The notes below the pieces were generated by a model that saw only the letters and a program-made list of their open reading frames with translations, was not told where the DNA came from and ran no database searches. This document shows, one piece after another, positions 60,779 through 64,000 of a stretch of DNA of 64,000 bases. The translations under genes and the position numbers were made by a program. Each line of letters opens with the position of its first letter. Position 1 is the first letter of the stretch. This DNA comes from Candidatus Latescibacterota bacterium (GTDB lineage: Bacteria; Latescibacterota; UBA2968; GCA-2709665), in assembly GCA_965203805.1 (NCBI GenBank), contig OZ241917.1:2976001-3040000 (forward strand), read 5' to 3'.

Positions 60779-60791
60779 ATAGGCTGAATAT

Positions 60792-61967
60792 ATGACGACC
60801 GCGGGTGCAGAACGACAGACTTATCTGCTGATGTTGCTGGTGATCGGTCTGGTTGGATTTGGCCTTGTGATGGTATATAGCGCCAGCACGGCCCTGGGTC
60901 AGTTGCGATTCGAGAGCGGCCACTTTTTCCTGAAGCGGTGGGCCGTGCGCACGGTGGTCGGTCTCGTGGCGATGCTTTTGATTATGCGGGTGGACTATCG
61001 CTTCTGGGCACGATTTGCCCGGGTGTTGCTGGCCATCGGTTTTCTGGGATTGGCAGTTGTCCTGGTCTTCAAACTGGCGGGTTTCGGCAAGGTGCGCGGC
61101 GCATACCGGTGGATTCCGTTGCCGGGAGGCACGCTGCAGCCTTCGGATCTGATGCGTCTCGCGCTGGTCGTTTACCTGGCGGAGTCGCTCAGCAGGCGCC
61201 AGGGTCTGGTAAAGGACCTCGTACAGGGGTACCTCCCACATATCGCCATCGTCGGCGCTGCAATGGGAATGGTCATGCTTCAGCCGGATCTTGGAACGGC
61301 ACTGGCGATCGGATTGACATGCACGCTGATGTTGTATCTGGCCGGTGTGCGGGTAAAGCACCTGGCCGGAACGGGGATGGTGCTGCTGCCGCTATTGTAT
61401 GTCGTCGTATTTGTTCTGGGATATCGAAAGGAACGGATGACGGCGTTCTTGAGTCCGTCGGACGACGTACAGGGCGCCGGTTATCATGTGATGCAGTCTC
61501 TGCTGGCGCTGGGAAGTGGAGGATGGACAGGCGTGGGGCTCGGACAGAGTCTGCAGAAATATTTGTTTTTGCCGGAGCCGCATACAGACTTTGTATTCAG
61601 CATCGTGGGCGAGGAACTCGGATTGGCCGGCACCGCCGGCCTGGTGATCTGTTTCCTTCTCATCGCCCGGTGCGGTTTTCAGATCGCCCGTCGCGCGCCG
61701 GACCTGCACGGGTTCTTTCTGGCGTCAGGCATCACATTCATGATTCTGGTTTACGCACTCGTGAACATGGGCGTATGCACCGGATTGATACCGGCAACCG
61801 GGCTTCCCCTGCCGTTTATCAGTTACGGCGGGTCGTCACTGCTATTCACGCTGGTTGCCGTTGGAATTCTGATCAACATCGGGCGGCGCGGAGCGGCCGA
61901 CCCGGGAACGCTTCCCCAACGAACCGGTACCGTCAGAATGAACAGGACGGGAGATCGCAGGATCTGA
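60792..61967 (+). CDS. ftsW: Peptidoglycan polymerase FtsW
   Basis: 'GLVMVYSAS', 'RWI', 'QPS', 'QPDLGT', 'LPEPHTDFVFSIVGEELG', 'LPFISYGGSS'. Confidence 0.95.
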   Translation: MTTAGAERQTYLLMLLVIGLVGFGLVMVYSASTALGQLRFESGHFFLKRWAVRTVVGLVAMLLIMRVDYRFWARFARVLLAIGFLGLAVVLVFKLAGFGKVRGAYRWIPLPGGTLQPSDLMRLALVVYLAESLSRRQGLVKDLVQGYLPHIAIVGAAMGMVMLQPDLGTALAIGLTCTLMLYLAGVRVKHLAGTGMVLLPLLYVVVFVLGYRKERMTAFLSPSDDVQGAGYHVMQSLLALGSGGWTGVGLGQSLQKYLFLPEPHTDFVFSIVGEELGLAGTAGLVICFLLIARCGFQIARRAPDLHGFFLASGITFMILVYALVNMGVCTGLIPATGLPLPFISYGGSSLLFTLVAVGILINIGRRGAADPGTLPQRTGTVRMNRTGDRRI

Positions 61968-63073
61968 TGCCATTACGCCTGTTGTTTGCCGTTACCCTGA
62001 CCGGTGGCCACACGATACCCGCACTTGGCGTGGCGGCCGCGGTTCGTCAGAGGCGCCCGGATACTGTGATCAGATTCGTCGGCGTTGCGCGAGGCGTCGA
62101 GGCCCGGTTGGTTCCGCGCGCCGGCTATGTCCTGGAAACGTTGCCGGTTATAGGTCTTAAACGGCGAGTGCATCCGGATCTGCTGCAATTTCCGTGGGCG
62201 CTCCTGAAGGCCGTCTGTTCCGCCTTCCGTATCCTCGTTGTCTACCAGCCACATGCGGTAATCTGTACCGGCGGGCATGTCACCGGCCCGGTGGGCATCG
62301 CCGCAAGGATGCTTGGTATTCCGCTGGTGCTGCACGAGTCGAACAACTTCCCAGGGCTCACCGTTCGCCTGCTTTCCCGCACGGCCAGGCAGGTCTACCT
62401 GGCATTCGAAGGCGCACGGCGACGCGTAGGCGGGCGTGAGAGATTCGTCGTGGGCAACCCGATTCGGGAGGGATGGCGGCGCGTGGACAGGAACACGGCT
62501 CGCCGGCGGTTCGGTCTGGACGTTGACCCGGCCACGCTTCTTGTCATTGGAGGCAGCCAGGGTTCAATGGGAATCAACCGTGCCGTGGCGGATGCGCTGC
62601 CGGTATTGACGGAACGTGGCTACCAGATTCTCTGGCAGACCGGCGGGATGGGTTACCATGCAGCGGTATCCGCGGCTCGCCCCTTCGGAGACCGAGTGGT
62701 CGTGAGGGAATTTATCCACGACATGGCGGTGGCTTACAGCGCGGCGGACCTCGCCTTGACCCGGGCCGGCGCAATTACGGTAACTGAAATGACACGTTTG
62801 GGTGTGCCCGCATTGATGGTGCCTTTGCCGCTCGCGACCGAGAACCATCAGGAATACAATGCACGGGCTGTTGTGCGAGCCGGAGCCGCGCGGATGGTGC
62901 TCGAATCGGAACTGAGCGCGGACAGGTTGGTCGAGGAAGTTATCCGGATGACCGATTCGAACGGCCTTCTTTCGGAAATGGCCCGCCGCAGCCGCGCGCT
63001 GGCCGTTCCGGACGCGGCCGCGCGGATGGTGGAGGGAATCGCGCGAAGTGGACTCCTCCGCGGTGAACGATAG
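61967..63073 (+). CDS. murG: Lipid I N-acetylglucosaminyltransferase
   Basis: 'TGGH', 'HESN..PG', 'GNPIR', 'GGSQGS', 'RAGA.T', 'HQEYNA'; TGATG coupling to ftsW. Confidence 0.94.
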   Translation: MPLRLLFAVTLTGGHTIPALGVAAAVRQRRPDTVIRFVGVARGVEARLVPRAGYVLETLPVIGLKRRVHPDLLQFPWALLKAVCSAFRILVVYQPHAVICTGGHVTGPVGIAARMLGIPLVLHESNNFPGLTVRLLSRTARQVYLAFEGARRRVGGRERFVVGNPIREGWRRVDRNTARRRFGLDVDPATLLVIGGSQGSMGINRAVADALPVLTERGYQILWQTGGMGYHAAVSAARPFGDRVVVREFIHDMAVAYSAADLALTRAGAITVTEMTRLGVPALMVPLPLATENHQEYNARAVVRAGAARMVLESELSADRLVEEVIRMTDSNGLLSEMARRSRALAVPDAAARMVEGIARSGLLRGER

Positions 63074-63077
63074 CCGC

Positions 63078-64000
63078 ATGGTGGAATTGAAACCGGGTTG
63101 CCGGGTTCATTTTGTGGGCATCGGAGGGGTGGGCATGAGCGCGGTCGCGGAACTGCTCGTCCAGCAGGATTGCGTTGTGACCGGATCCGACCGTGAGGCC
63201 TCCGCGCTGACGGATCGGTTGGGGATGCTGGGAATTCCGGTTCGGATCGGACATATGGAGGAGGCGGTAAGAGATGCAGACCTGGTTGTATACACCTCCG
63301 CCGCGGGAACGGATAATTCGGAGTTGAGGGAAGCCCGATCAAGAGGAATTCCAACGGTCAGGCGGGCCGACCTCCTTGGGCGGTTGACGGCAGGGCATCG
63401 GGTCGTGGGCGTGACCGGTACCCATGGCAAGACGACAACGACTGCCATGGTGGGCGGGGTTCTCGAGGCGGCGGATCTGGACCCCACGGTACTGGTGGGC
63501 GGAATCGTTCGAGGTCCTGAAAGAAACCTGCGGCCGGGCTCGCGAATGCTGTGGGCGGTCGAGGCCGATGAGTTCGACCGTTCTTTTCTGACATTGAGAC
63601 CCGAGGTCGCGGTCGTGACGTCGCTGGAAGCGGACCATCTCGATTGTTACGGAGACATGTCGGCACTGTGTCGCGCCTTTCAGCAGTTTCTGGATCAGAC
63701 GAGCCGGTGCGCCGTGTTGGCCTACGACGCACCGTACGTGCGGGGATTGAACGCGACGCATCTTGAGATTCTCTCCTATGGGCTGGTAGAGGAAACAAGG
63801 ATTTCCGCGCAACGACTGTTGCGTGACGGCCTGCAAAGTCGGTTTCGGGTGTGCGACCATGGAAAACCGCTCGGCGATATTGTCCTCAGGGTTCCGGGAC
63901 GACACAATGTCAGCAATGCGCTGGCGGCCGTGGGCGTGGGCATGGCGCTGCAGCTGCCCTGGAAGGCGATACGTTCCGGACTTGAAAACTTCGAGGGCGT
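63078..64000 (+). CDS. murC: UDP-MurNAc--L-alanine ligase, 3'-truncated by window edge
   Basis: My translation: 'VHFVGIGGVGMS', 'VTGSD', 'GTHGKTTT', 'VEADEFDRSFL'. Confidence 0.94.
   Translation, partial: MVELKPGCRVHFVGIGGVGMSAVAELLVQQDCVVTGSDREASALTDRLGMLGIPVRIGHMEEAVRDADLVVYTSAAGTDNSELREARSRGIPTVRRADLLGRLTAGHRVVGVTGTHGKTTTTAMVGGVLEAADLDPTVLVGGIVRGPERNLRPGSRMLWAVEADEFDRSFLTLRPEVAVVTSLEADHLDCYGDMSALCRAFQQFLDQTSRCAVLAYDAPYVRGLNATHLEILSYGLVEETRISAQRLLRDGLQSRFRVCDHGKPLGDIVLRVPGRHNVSNALAAVGVGMALQLPWKAIRSGLENFEG

Noticed and set aside
1-64000. CRISPR arrays, rRNA, transposase/integrase or prophage genes
   Set aside because: None seen by eye

Overview
GC-rich bacterial chromosome window; the gene content suggests a diderm FCB-group lineage such as Latescibacterota/Gemmatimonadota (inference only). 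A tRNA-Val(TAC) at ~38.9-39.0 kb roughly separates two halves. The left half (1-38.9 kb) is accessory. It holds a HipA-like kinase/HIRAN pair; a 15-kb co-oriented locus in which three paralogous ~650-aa polytopic membrane proteins (DUF6785/DUF6784-like) alternate with enzymes; a compact three-gene cassette led by a Tse2-like ADP-ribosyltransferase-fold gene; an MpaB-like oxygenase/MMPL/LolA-like/beta-barrel operon; kinases, acyl- and aminotransferases; and two metal transporters. The right half is mostly core genes: ffh-rpsP-rimM-trmD-rplS, rpe, uppS-cdsA-dxr-rseP, and a dcw cluster (mraZ-rsmH-ftsL-ftsI-murE-murF-ftsW-murG-murC). In that cluster mraY and murD are absent, and a 160-bp MITE sits where they normally lie. 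All family calls come from motif recognition by eye; no database searches were run.
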